DNA of 63,083 nt, the filler included, from Octopus bimaculoides (Eukaryota): NCBI RefSeq assembly GCF_001194135.2. It is 8 parts of 8 records of this genome, joined end to end, with 100 filler letters (N's around TTAATTAATTAA, not from the genome) between each part and the next. Parts side by side here need not be neighbours in the genome. Positions count along the whole stretch, not along the records: positions 22,983 to 32,133 come from NC_068983.1; positions 32,234 to 44,475 come from NC_068992.1; 6 more parts are not named here. The stretch is one strand, 5' to 3'. Shown here in pieces: positions 24,668-36,977 of the stretch. The first letter of the stretch is position 1; every line of letters starts with the position of its first letter. The translations under genes were made by a program, and so were the position numbers. The notes beneath the pieces were generated by a model that was not told where the DNA came from, ran no database searches, and saw nothing but the letters and a program-made list of their open reading frames with translations.

Positions 24668-25730
24668 AATGCATGCATAGATAAATGTATATATACATAG
24701 TAGGTACCCTATCCAATAAAAACTGTAGGCCCACCCTTGGGATGGTTCTCAGTGTAGCATAAACATAAAAGAACAATACAAATGGCGTTTAAAATTCACA
24801 TCACCTGTTTCAGCGGCATTTTATTAATGCATTCTTAGATTAGATCAAGGTAAAAACCCGCCATCTTCAGGTGATTTTAAACAAGAAAACGGGTAAGGCA
24901 GAAAACACAAGGCAGAAAATATAAATTGACTAGCTCATCAAACTACATGATTGGACAAGTGAAGTTTTTTTAGAAGAACAATAGAATTTATAAGGGCCGT
25001 TTGTAAGACCCATAAGAGAAAAGTTCAAACATTAATTTCTCAAATCGATACCTTAATTAGTTTTTGGTCCTGGCTGAAGGATCAAGAAAGACGTAAGTCA
25101 TATAATAAGGGAAAAAAGACCTACCCAGGAGTGATATATAGATAAGACGACAGGCAAAAGGTGTGCGCTGATGTGCGTATATGTATGTATTTAAGATAAC
25201 ATATAGTACATATGTGCGTTCTTATGTGGTATAAGTAGCGGCAGCCTGAATCTTTTGTCTGATATTTTATCCATACTACTCTCCTGAGTAGATGTTTTTT
25301 TTATGCTTTCCTTCACAACCTTGCTATAAAGTAGGTGGGTGTTCAATATTAACTCTAAGGTAAAAAGTGGAACGTACTTTTGATCACGAACAAGCACAAA
25401 ACGGTCCGACGTTTGTTAGTACAACTTATTAACACTGCTGTTGTACACTCTATTTGTCTATCTACTCGATTGTTACCTAAAAGAAACAACAGCGTCGCTG
25501 TTGTAAAAGTCTGTTTGTCTGCCTATCTGCTTGAATTTATTATTACTCCTCAATGTTTTATTCAAGTGAAACACCAATAGCATTAACATTATATGGCAAC
25601 AACATTGAAACGGTGAGCTTTGAAATGACTTCAACTTTACTGTTATTACTTACAGTTATTACCATTACTGCTGTCGCTGCCATTGCACCTAGTTCTGCTA
25701 CTGCCACTTCCACTGTCCCTGCTGCTGCTG

Positions 25731-25774
<44 letters not shown>

Positions 25775-25814
25775 GATAATAATAATAATAATAATAATAA
25801 TCATAATAATAATC

Positions 25815-25856
<42 letters not shown>

Positions 25857-27214
25857 GACGAAAGCCAACCATACAAGTATTTAGGAGTCAATGAACTAGA
25901 TAGGATACAACATACACAAATGAAAGAAAAAATAAAGAAAGAGTACTATAGACGAGTTAGATCAATACTAAAAACAGAGCTCAATGCTAAAAACAAGATA
26001 ATGGGTATCAACACTTTAGCTGTCCCAGTTATAAGCTACAGCTACAACATCCTTAACTGGACACTAAACGANNNNNNNNNNNNNNNNNNNNNNNNNNNNN
26101 NNNNNNNNNNNNNNNNNNNNNNNNNNNNNNNNNNNNNNNNNNNNNNNNNNNNNNNNNNNNNNNNNNNNNNNNNNNNNNNNNNNNNNNNNNNNNNNNNNNN
26201 NNNNNNNNNNNNNNNNNNNNNNNNNNNNNNNNNNNNNNNNNNNNNNNNNNNNNNNNNNNNNNNNNNNNNNNNNNNNNNNNNNNNNNNNNNNNNNNNNNNN
26301 NNNNNNNNNNNNNNNNNNNNNNNNNNNNNNNNNNNNNNNNNNNNNNNNNNNNNNNNNNNNNNNNNNNNNNNNNNNNNNNNNNNNNNNNNNNNNNNNNNNN
26401 NNNNNNNNNNNNNNNNNNNNNNNNNNNNNNNNNNNNNNNNNNNNNNNNNNNNNNNNNNNNNNNNNNNNNNNNNNNNNNNNNNNNNNNNNNNNNNNNNNNN
26501 NNNNNNNNNNNNNNNNNNNNNNNNNNNNNNNNNNNNNNNNNNNNNNNNNNNNNNNNNNNNNNNNNNNNNNNNNNNNNNNNNNNNNNNNNNNNNNNNNNNN
26601 NNNNNNNNNNNNNNNNNNNNNNNNNNNNNNNNNNNNNNNNNNNNNNNNNNNNNNNNNNNNNNNNNNNNNNNNNNNNNNNNNNNNNNNNNNNNNNNNNNNN
26701 NNNNNNNNNNNNNNNNNNNNNNNNNNNNNNNNNNNNNNNNNNNNNNNNNNNNNNNNNNNNNNNNNNNNNNNNNNNNNNNNNNNNNNNNNNNNNNNNNNNN
26801 NNNNNNNNNNNNNNNNNNNNNNNNNNNNNNNNNNNNNNNNNNNNNNNNNNNNNNNNNNNNNNNNNNNNNNNNNNNNNNNNNNNNNNNNNNNNNNNNNNNN
26901 NNNNNNNNNNNNNNNNNNNNNNNNNNNNNNAACTCGAATGTGGAATCTAAAAACAGAAACAATTCCTATCATAGTAGGTGCCTTAGGTATAATAAAAAAA
27001 TATTCAGACAAATGCATAACAAAAACACCAGGACTTACAAATATATATAACATACAGAAAATTGCACTACTGGGCACTGCACACATCCTACGCAAAACAC
27101 TTTCAATACAGTAACTATAAGAGCATCACAGCAAACCACAGCACATACCCAAGGCACACAGAGCTGCGCTCGGTAGTGAAGTGAAAGCACGTTATAAAAA
27201 TAAAACTACTGAAC
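25857..27214 (+). mobile_element. 5'-truncated R4/Dong-clade LINE, third subfamily, spanning an 859-N gap
   Basis: DESQPYKYLGVNE...KEYYRRVRSILKTELNAKNKIMGINTLAVPVISYS..NWT and RMWNLKTETIPIIVGALG...QKIALLGTAHILRKTLSIQ*; (AAT)n directly on both sides. Confidence 0.93.
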
Positions 27215-27229
27215 AATAATAATAATAAT

Positions 27230-27643
27230 ACTTTCTACTGAAGGCACATGTCCTGAAATTTAAGGAGAGGGGTCTAGTCAATTACATCGGCCCCAGTGAT
27301 TCATTGGGGCTTATTTTATGAAAGGCAAAGTCGACCTCGGTGGAATTTGAACTCAGAACTTAAAGACGTACGAAATGCTGCTTAGCATTTTGCCCGGCGT
27401 GCTAGCGATTTTGTCAGCTATGATAATAAAGGTTTTAAGTTTGCCACAAGTCCAGCCATTTTGGGGAAGGGGATGAATCGATTACATCGCCCTCATTGTT
27501 TCACTGGTACTTAATTTATCGACCACGAAGGGATGAAACTCAAAGTCGACGTCAGCAGGATTTGAACTCAGATCTGAGCAACGAGCGAAATACTCCTAAG
27601 CGTTTAGTCCAGCGTGCTAATAGTTCTACCAGGTCACCGCCTT
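27230..27643 (-). mobile_element. Two tandem SINE family A copies between (AAT)n tracts
   Basis: GGAATTTGAACTCAG(A) B-box complements at about 27345 and 27560; bounded by AAT runs. Confidence 0.8.
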
Positions 27644-27646
27644 AGC

Positions 27647-27695
<49 letters not shown>

Positions 27696-28116
27696 TAGTT
27701 TAATGGTCTCATGTTTAAAGTGTGTATAGTTGTTGTCTCCTGATATGATTGATGCTTGTTTAATGCTTGCAAGGGACAAGTTTCGTATGACATCAACGGA
27801 GGGTAGCTCTCGCAGTGTCTGTTCATAGATCATTGTACGTTTCTCTAGCGTAATCAAGATTACAGGCTGAACGTGTGTAGCTGGGTGAAATTGGGGAGGA
27901 ATGAAGGAGAGGATTATCTGTGCAAGAGTTGAACGCAAGGGTAAACAGGCGAGAGATGTTTGAGAGAGAAGAAAGCGGAGAACGCACTGCGATAGTGTGA
28001 TTTGAATGGTCAGTGCGATCTGAATGGATACCAGCGTTTAAAATTTGAGAGAGAGTGACGAAGCATTTAGACTGCAAGTTTCGAAAGGGAACTCTCATAC
28101 TAGACACAATCTAAAG

Positions 28117-28453
28117 CAAGGATTCTCAACCAATTTTATCTATGGACCCCTTTGATTACTATCTTATTCTGGTGGACCCCCATAGCCATTCGATGTTTAA
28201 AAACTAGTTTTATAGAAACTTCTTTCAAAATTCCTATTTGGTCTTTCACACATTAACTTGGGGTAGGTTGAACTATATAAAATGTTAGAGAAAGAAACCT
28301 AGCTGTTTCTTGCAATAAATACCAATATATACATCTAAAGCAAAATTTTTTTCAGGGGCCCTTAAAATACTAGTACGGGTCCTCAGTTTACTATTTTATT
28401 TCGTGGATCCCAAAAATTCTTATATGGACCATGAGGGGCCATATGGAACACTG
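28117..28453. mobile_element. hAT (Charlie-like) MITE with 8-bp target-site duplication
   Basis: ATCTAAAG|CAAGGATTCTCAACC ... CACTG|GTCTAAAG (7/8 TSD match); repeated TGGACCCC subterminal motifs; the right TIR is degenerate. Confidence 0.65.
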
Positions 28454-29092
28454 GTCTAAAGCTTTGCTATCTAGGGCAACGGCATTGCTTTCTCACATAC
28501 ATTAGTGGATGATAAGAAAGTTCCCTACCCTCCTCCACTAGATCTGGGTTTACAGGAACCATGTCGGTGATAGTTGTTTGGTAACAGACGTAAGCTGATA
28601 TCATGCGTTGTAAGTGAAATTTTGCTGTCGAAGAGATATTCAGAAAATTTAAGAACACACTATGAAGTTTAATGGGACGCAGGGGAATTGTAAAAGAAAC
28701 GAGGTCACTGAACCATAAAAGCAAGACGAAAATCGTGGGAACTTTATGGCAATGCATACTGGAAAGAAATAGACAAAAATAAGGACAACAAATTTGGGGT
28801 ATATATAAATGGTTAAAATGAGTATTCTACGATGCAATTGCATATATATGCACACATACATATATTCTTGTGTATTTACACATATTTGTGTACATATATG
28901 AATAAATGCATACACACATACACATACATACACACACATAGAGAGACAAATATGCGTATATAAACACATACAAACTCACATACGCATGTATAAAACATGT
29001 ACAAATATAAACATATGATATATATATATATATATATACACTCAGACATATATAAGTGTATTTGCGTGCGTGCGTATGTGTGTGTGTGTGTC

Positions 29093-29128
<36 letters not shown>

Positions 29129-29595
29129 NNNNNNNNNNNNNNNNNNNNNNNNNNNNNNNNNNNNNNNNNNNNNNNNNNNNNNNNNNNNNNNNNNNNNNNN
29201 NNNNNNNNNNNNNNNNNNNNNNNNNNNNNNNNNNNNNNNNNNNNNNNNNNNNNNNNNNNNNNNNNNNNNNNNNNNNNNNNNNNNNNNNNNNNNNNNNNNN
29301 NNNNNNNNNNNNNNNNNNNNNNNNNNNNNNNNNNNNNNNNNNNNNNNNNNNNNNNNNNNNNNNNNNNNNNNNNNNNNNNNNNNNNNNNNNNNNNNNNNNN
29401 NNNNNNNNNNNNNNNNNNNNNNNNNNNNNNNNNNNNNNNNNNNNNNNNNNNNNNNNNNNNNNNNNNNNNNNNNNNNNGCTCAGCCGCATGCAAGTTAATT
29501 TCACGAGCAAGCTGTTCCGTTGACAGGATCAACTGGAACCCTCATCGTCGTAACCAACGGGGTGCCAGTTATATATATATATATATATATATATA

Positions 29596-29790
29596 GGGGG
29601 AGAATTCACAAAAAGAACAAAAGACGAAGACAGATGATGTAGACAACAAACAGATGTATTAGTTTAACGCTCGGGAAGTGAAAAAGTCTTTAAAGTTTCG
29701 AGCCTACGCTCATCCACAGAAAGGAACGCAGAAAGAGACAAAATAAAGAACGTGTAGTGGCTAGCGATCTATCATGGCGAATACCGGATA
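29596..29790 (-). mobile_element. Second copy of the minimal-hammerhead repeat family, 3' end abutting (TA)n; motif at 29688-29723
   Basis: Shares GTATTAGTTT.ACGCTCGG.AAG...GTTTCGAGC.TACGCTC..CACAGAAAGGAAC with 23005-23125; a 3' fragment also occurs at about 46715-46780 (+), next to (TA)n. Confidence 0.8.
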
Positions 29791-29794
29791 TATT

Positions 29795-31620
29795 TGGAAC
29801 AAGGTACAGAGGGTAAGAAAGGTGGTTGGAGGAAGGGAAGAAAGGATGTAAATGGAAAATTGCTGAAAGGAAGTGAGGATGCCCAAAGGAGATGAGCAGA
29901 GTATTTTAGTGAGCTGTTAAATGTGGAGGATGTTAGGGAGGCAAGTATAGTGGATGTAGGAGGAAAGAGGAGAATGCCTGTTGTTGGGGAATGGAACTAT
30001 GGTGCAATTGGAAAGAGGAGGTGAGGGAATCCTTGCGGAACATGGCAAACGGGAAGGCGCTAGGTATAGATGGGTGTACAGTGGAAAGGAGGTGTACAGT
30101 GGAAAGGAAGTGTGACAGTGATTGAATGGTTAGTGAGGCTTATGAATGTTTGTTACATGGCTGGAAGAGTACCAATGGACTGGTGCAGTGCCTGTATAGT
30201 GCTACTGTACAAGGGGAAATGGAATAAATGTGAGTGTGGAAATTTTAGGGATATAAGTTTGTTGTGTGTGGTTGGTAAACTGTATGTGAGAATTCTGATT
30301 GTAAGGGTGAGGACCCAGGCAGCGATTGTACAAGGGGAGGAGTAGTGCAGTTTTGGAAGTGGCAGGGGGTGTGCAGATCAAATATTTGTAGTAAGGCAGA
30401 TGTGTGAGAAGTTTTTGGCAAGAGGGATGGAAGTGTATTGAGCCTTTATGGACCTAGAGAAGGCATATGACCGTGTGGATAGGGATGCAATGTAGCAGGT
30501 GTTGCGGTTGTTTGGAGTAGATGGTAGATTGTTGAAAGCTGTTCAGAGTTTTTATAGAGAAACTAAGGCGTGCGTTAGGGTGGGTGGTGAAGTAAGTTAG
30601 TGGTTTAATGTGTGTGTGGGGTTAAGACAGAGTTGTGTGATGCCTCCATGGTTGTTTAATTTATATATGGATGGTGTAGTGAGAGATGTAAATGCTAGAA
30701 CGTTTGGTAGGGGAGCCCAAATGGTGGGAGAAAATGAAGAGAAATGGCAGATGAGTCAGTTGTTTCTGATGATACAGCACTGGTGGCAGATTCGGAAGAG
30801 CAACTGAGGAGACTGGTCGTAGAGTTTGGAAGAGCGTGTGAGAGGAGGAAACTTAAAGTGAATGTAGCTAAGAGTAAGGTGATGAGATGTTCGGGAGATG
30901 GAATGGCTGGTAGGATGGATGTGAGTATAAATGGTGAGATGTTAGAGGAGGTGAGTGTTTTTAAATATCTGGGATCAGATGTGACGGTGGATGGGTGGTT
31001 GGTTGAAGAAGTGGGATATAGAGTGATGGAGAGGAGTAAGATACTTGGAGTTGTGAAAGGTATGCTAAGAGATAAAAGGTTGAGTATGAAAGCAGAGATA
31101 ACAGGTTGAGTATAAGGGCGTGATTGTGTCGACAGTATTATATGGTGTAGAGACGTGGGGGGATGAGAGAGGCAGAAAGGAGGCGACTAGGTGCGGTGGA
31201 GAGGAGATGTTTGAGGGCTACGGTTGGTGTGACACGGATGGACGGGATGAGGAATGAGGAGGTGCGAAGGCGAGTAGGAATGAGAGAAAAACCAACAACC
31301 AATATGGATAGACGAATGTTGAGGTGGTTTGGTCACATGGAGAAGATGGATGAGGAGCGGATGGTAAGAAGGGTGATGAAGGCAGAAGTGGTAGACAGCA
31401 GAACCAGAGGGAGACCTCAGTTTGTGTGGATGGATGGAGTAAGGAAAGCTTTGGTGGTTAGAGATGTTGGAGTGAGAGAGACAATGGATTTATAAATGAT
31501 AGGAAATCTTGGAGATTGTTTGTGGACGGATGAGTGAATTTGATGTTGTGAAAGGATGAATGAATTTGATTTTGACGGAAAGCGGGGGAAAGGTACTTCA
31601 GCTTGCTTCCCCGCTTTCCA
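29795..31620 (+). mobile_element. RTE-clade LINE, 5'-truncated, RT domain with stops and frameshifts
   Basis: DWCSACIVLLYKGK..KCECGNFRDISLL, GRGCADQIF, AFMDLEKAYDRVDR, GLRQSCVMPPWLFNLYMD, DDTALVADSEEQL, FKYLGS, LRWFGHMEKM...RGRPQFVWMDGV. Confidence 0.96.
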
Positions 31621-32261
31621 CCAATTCATGACATTAGTGTTCTTTGTGGCTATTTTGAGTCGTTTTGACTCTTATTTCTAGCAACTGCCGTTACTATTTT
31701 GTACCCGTGTTTATTAACTTGCCTTTAAGTTTTAATTGCTAAGGAGCTACTTATATTATACTATTTTGTTTATATATGACGTTGACCACTAACGTGGACA
31801 TTCAATGTGCTAGAAATAGATCAAATCTTGTGTCTAATAAGACCTAAATTGTTCTCAACATGAAATATAGCGTGATACCAAAACGTAAGCGGGCAAGACA
31901 TTTAAAATCACCGAAAAACATCATTATTAAACAGGGACCGGTTTAAAAATTTAACAATCTTACCGACTGTCTATTTCTCTTCAGCCTGATTTGTAATGCA
32001 ACCATAATTATCAGAACCCCATACAAAGTTGCCCACCGCCATAGGTGCGCGTGTATATGGTTCTGCTAATTACAGCTTAATGGTAAAATTCAAAAGTCTT
32101 CGTTTTGGCGCGATAATTCCAGGAATATGTCTGNNNNNNNNNNNNNNNNNNNNNNNNNNNNNNNNNNNNNNNNNNNNTTAATTAATTAANNNNNNNNNNN
32201 NNNNNNNNNNNNNNNNNNNNNNNNNNNNNNNNNATATATATATATATATATACATGTAATA

Positions 32262-32760
32262 CTAGCTAAGTAGCCCGTCGTTGTTGGGTGATTTTCACAA
32301 CACAACGCCTTTATGTCAATTTTTTTAATTTCATGCCAAACCAATTCTCCCCGACGGATTGGCGTCTTGATCAGGATGGACATGTGCATGATCGGGGGTA
32401 CTAATTCGTAATGTCTTGATAAATGAAGCTTTGGGGTTCTTTTTTACCTTTGGTGAATAGACGTAAAGATTTTTCGTACTTCTTACTCTTGAACGTCCAA
32501 TATAAAGCTGATCATGGTGTAAACTGGCAAACGTGGATGTTTGCCCCGGTAATTTGGACATCATCTCCTGAATCCGTACAACGGGAGCTCTTGTACATGT
32601 ATCATCTAATCGATGCATCCTATGCTCGAGTGTCTCCTGAGACCTGTAACGGACGCTCGGCTTCGCATATCATCAACTTTATTCCTTCTCTGTTCGGTTT
32701 TCTTCTGAGCTCGCTGCTGATCTTTCGTAAAGATCTTTCGATTCCGTCACCCTAATTGTC
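32262..32760 (-). mobile_element. Internally deleted Helitron: STPR-like N-terminal repeats fused to the Pif1 helicase C-terminus; 3' CTAG terminus
   Basis: PGQT...HDQLYIGRSRVRSTKNLYVYSP resembles the Helitron helicase end (SQGQT..HGQLYVA.SRV); the minus strand ends ...ACGACGGGCTACTTAG-CTAG|T at 32262; upstream ETLEHRMHRLDD..RA...RIQE has a 23-aa period. Confidence 0.75.
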
Positions 32761-35700
32761 TTCCTTACACACATGCATATACACACACACACATACACAC
32801 AGACACACACACTCACACACACGCACACACATATACACACACGTACAAACATATACAGACTCAGCGTAGGAGATATACATATACAGGGAATGTGTGACAG
32901 AGTGTGCCAAAAATATAACGACCCGGGAAAGCGTAAAAGGTAGAGAGATAGACAGATAGATAGAAAGACAGATATAAAACGCAAGCATACGAAGGTAAAC
33001 ACACTCAGGTAACCATGAGTTTGAAATTGCGGCTTCTAAAGACATTCAATGTTAGCGATATGGAAGTTGAGTTAATTGTAGTAGCAATTTATATTTTTTG
33101 ATTAATAACCAAACCTCCTTGAGACAGATTTTTCTCCAGAACGTGCCGTTTCGGAGCCATTCGCTGACATACTCATATACTTACACACATACACATACAT
33201 ATATATACATTTATATAGAAGAAATACATAAATATATACATGTAAGTATATATGTATGTAAATATGTACGTTATGTGTATGTTTATTTGTTTATGCGTGT
33301 TTATAATCCTGTGTATATGTGTCTGGGTGTGTATGCCTACGTGTGGGCGCGTGTGTGTGTTTCTGTATGTGCGTGCGTGTGTGTGTGTACGTGTCTCTGT
33401 GTGTGTACGTGTCTCTGTGTGTGTACGTGTGTGTGTGTGTGTGTGAAACAAAATGTAGAATTATAATAAGTAAAAACTACATTTACCATTACGGTACGCA
33501 ATAAAGCTTCCTTGTCCTATATTTCTTAACATTTTTTTTAAATGTCTGTGTATATTTAGAAGCAGGATTTTTGTTAATTGTTGAAATGTTTGCAATACTT
33601 TTGATAAATGTCGACATCATCATGATCATTACCACCATAATCATCATTATCATCATCATTATCATCATCATCATCATCATCATCATTATCACCATCGCCA
33701 TCACCAATGATTCTATCTCGTATTCTGTTCCCCCATATTCTTTCCCCTCATCTGCGTCTTACTTCTTTCGCTTCTCTTTCCCATTCCTTCTTCTACTTGT
33801 TTTTTTTTCTTCTTTTTCTTTTTTTTCTTCTTCTTCCTTTTCTTCTTTTTGTAATTAACACCTGCTCCTACTCAGAAAAAATATTAGTTTTTTTATATCT
33901 CTATCTTTCATTTGTCATAAATGACAACCGTCTTTCTAATATCGAAAACTAGCAGTAAACTTTAAAACACAAACAGAAATCATACTTTTAAAGTAAGACT
34001 TTATGTTTTACATCCTGTAAATATCCATTTTTTCCTTCTTGAGGTCAATTAAAGAACTCCAATATGTACCATGGAGAAACTATTCCTTGCGAAGAACTAC
34101 CGTTCTCCAGATTTTCAACTTGCGATTTGTTTTCGCATTTGAACTTCTTTTATTTATTGAAACATATAATGGTAATCGGAATGGAATGAAAATCACTCAA
34201 TCCTCTATTTAGCAGAAGATAAAGAAATCTATAATGTTAAAGTTGCAATCTCCACTGATGGAACTAATAGAAAACTAAAAGAATTTTAGTTTATACTTCT
34301 GGATTTGGCATCATTCGCATGCCATACTGTATCAGCTAGTCTCACTTTCCAAATGACTTGCTCAAAGAATGAATAAACATCACTGATTCACGTTTCACCT
34401 TTCCAATTTATTTTCATGCTTATGTAAATTTCTTTACATTTCTAGTTGGAAGTCTATACAAAAAAATGTATAAAATGACATAAAAAATTACAGTTAGAGT
34501 GTTACTACTTCATTTAGTACAATTCCACATAATTGAAAGAATCGGGAAGATTTTCAATATTAGGACTTGAGTATTGAAGCGAAAGAAAAAGCATACAACA
34601 TTTTCTGATTGAAATATAGCAAGTGGGAAGCAGCTGAAGAAATTTGTCAAGTAACGGGCATTGATTTGATTTTATAATGTCGCTTGAGAGAATTCTATGA
34701 AAGAAAAAATAATGCATCATGTACTGAGATCTACAGCTATTCTCCAAAAGAATAGAACCAAATGAGATCAGAGTAATTCCATTAGTCCATTCCTATCAAC
34801 ACAAAATTCTTTTTTTTCCAGATAGAATTCAAACTTGTTCGGTGATTGTCTGAGATTTTGGTTAACGGCTTCCGATTAAAAAGGCCTTAAGACTAGATTG
34901 TGCGCTGACGGAAGCACCAAGTTTCTCTTCGTTTAGAACATTGCTAAAGACAGAATAGTTAATAAGCTAAATATAGTGAGTATTGGTACATTAAAAGTTT
35001 TCGAATATCTTATACAAACGGTTGTATAGTACTTATTACCCGATCGCGATCACTTACGTCTATGTGTCTGCATGGGCGCTTTATGTGTGATATATGTAAA
35101 CTTGAGATGAGAAAACAATAAAAACTTCTGTCTTGGAATATTATATTTTATTACTTAGGATTAAATATTGATTCAATACAGTTATTTCTCAGAGTTTCTT
35201 GCCGGCTAGCAGAGGGAATGAAGAAGAAATATATCATTGAAAAATAGTGACATATTTCTGACGTTTTATTTCAAAACAGGACTTCTGCTGCTGGCTTGGT
35301 GTGAATGAAAGGACTGTACGTCCAGAGTGTATAAGGTCTGGGATACAATGTGGGTGAGGATAAAAAGAGAGATTAGTTAGTTGGTAGTTTCTGAGTGGAT
35401 ATAGCATGAAATTTGCTAGCTTTGATGATATGAGGCCTCTGTCTTAGAGATAGATAACGCAGAGAGAGAGAGAGAGGAGACTGGGCGTATACGTCCGAGA
35501 GGGTGGAGTGTGTTTATGAGAGACTTTATATCATTCCTGCAGCGGACTGGAGACACAACAAACTTTGCGAATTTTTCGATGAGATAGATCTCTATCAGCA
35601 CAAGCCATGAAACTGCGATCTGAACGAAAGCTAAATGCCTAAGGAGAGAGGGATACAACTCATAGGCGAGCGGTTTCGTCAGCAGATTTGCTATTTATAT

Positions 35701-36338
35701 ATACATATGTATATATACATACATATGCATACATATGTGTGTGTATAAAGATAATAAAGACACATACATGTGTGTGTGCGCGCGTGTATGTGTGTGTGTG
35801 TGTGAAGATGTATATGTTTGGCTGTATGTACATATAGACATATGCAGATATGTAAGAACATGCATACAAACGTGTGTATATGTATATGTGTACATACATG
35901 TAAGGATGGGTGGGTGTTTGGGTGGCTGGCTGGCTGGCTAACTGGTTGGCTAACTGGCTGGCTGGATGGGTGGATGGATGGATGGATGGATGGATTTCCT
36001 TCTGTCTCAAGTATAAATATTCACTCGTTATATCAAGTGAATTCACTGCTCATTGATTAAATATGCAAGCGGCTGAGTTTTCCTCGACCCTTTCGTTTCG
36101 ACCCTTTCGAAACGTTATTTCTATGAATGGCAGTTAAAAACCATCGACACAATTCCACTGAGTTTCCGTTTATCAAATTTTAGATTTCACTCACAAGGTA
36201 CACGGCATGTCGAGACTATGAATATTAGAATTTACCTAATTGCTCTATAATGGGCTTGAACCGTGAAATTCATTGTTGTGAAACGAATCCCTTAATAGTT
36301 CGGCCATATTGTACCGACATATAAATAGATATACATGT

Positions 36339-36718
36339 TCTTTTACTCTTTCATTGTTTCAGTCATTAGACTGGGGCCATGCTACAGCAACACCTTAAAC
36401 AATTTTAGCCAAACGAATCGACCAGAGTACTTATGTTTTTAAAGTCTTGTATTATAGTTTTGTTCTCTTTTGCTGGTCTGATAAGTTACGGGTGACGTAA
36501 ACACAACAACATCGGTTGTCAAGCGGTCGTAGGACACGAACAAAGGCAAAAACACATTCGCTCATAGATGTTTAAATATATAGAGATAGACGAGCTTCTT
36601 TCAGTTTCCATCTCACAAGACTTCGGTCGACCCTTATCCACAGTGTCACGCATTGAAGCTAAACCAGAACCACGTGGTTGGGAAGCAAATGTCTTACTAT
36701 GCAGCCACGTCTGCGCCT
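36339..36718 (-). mobile_element. SINE family B copy
   Basis: Reverse complement of the head (GAACCACGTGGTTGGGAAGC) and tail (GTTTCAGTCATT.GACTG.GGCCATGCT). Confidence 0.8.
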
Positions 36719-36763
36719 ATATANNNNNNNNNNTGCAGCCACGTCTGCGCCTATATAATTATG

Positions 36764-36818
<55 letters not shown>

Positions 36819-36977
36819 TGGTGGATGGATGGATGGATGGACGGATGGATGGACGGATGGATGGATGAATGGATGAATGGAGGGATGGATATAGACACAC
36901 ACAAACACACACACGCATATATGCATGTATATGTATGTGTATGTGTGTGTGTTTGTGTGCGTGTGTGTGTGTGTGTG

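Noticed and set aside
35400-35690. Possible decayed Penelope C-terminus on the minus strand (LINTLHPLG)
   Set aside because: Only one short motif matches; no GIY-YIG residues are recognisable.
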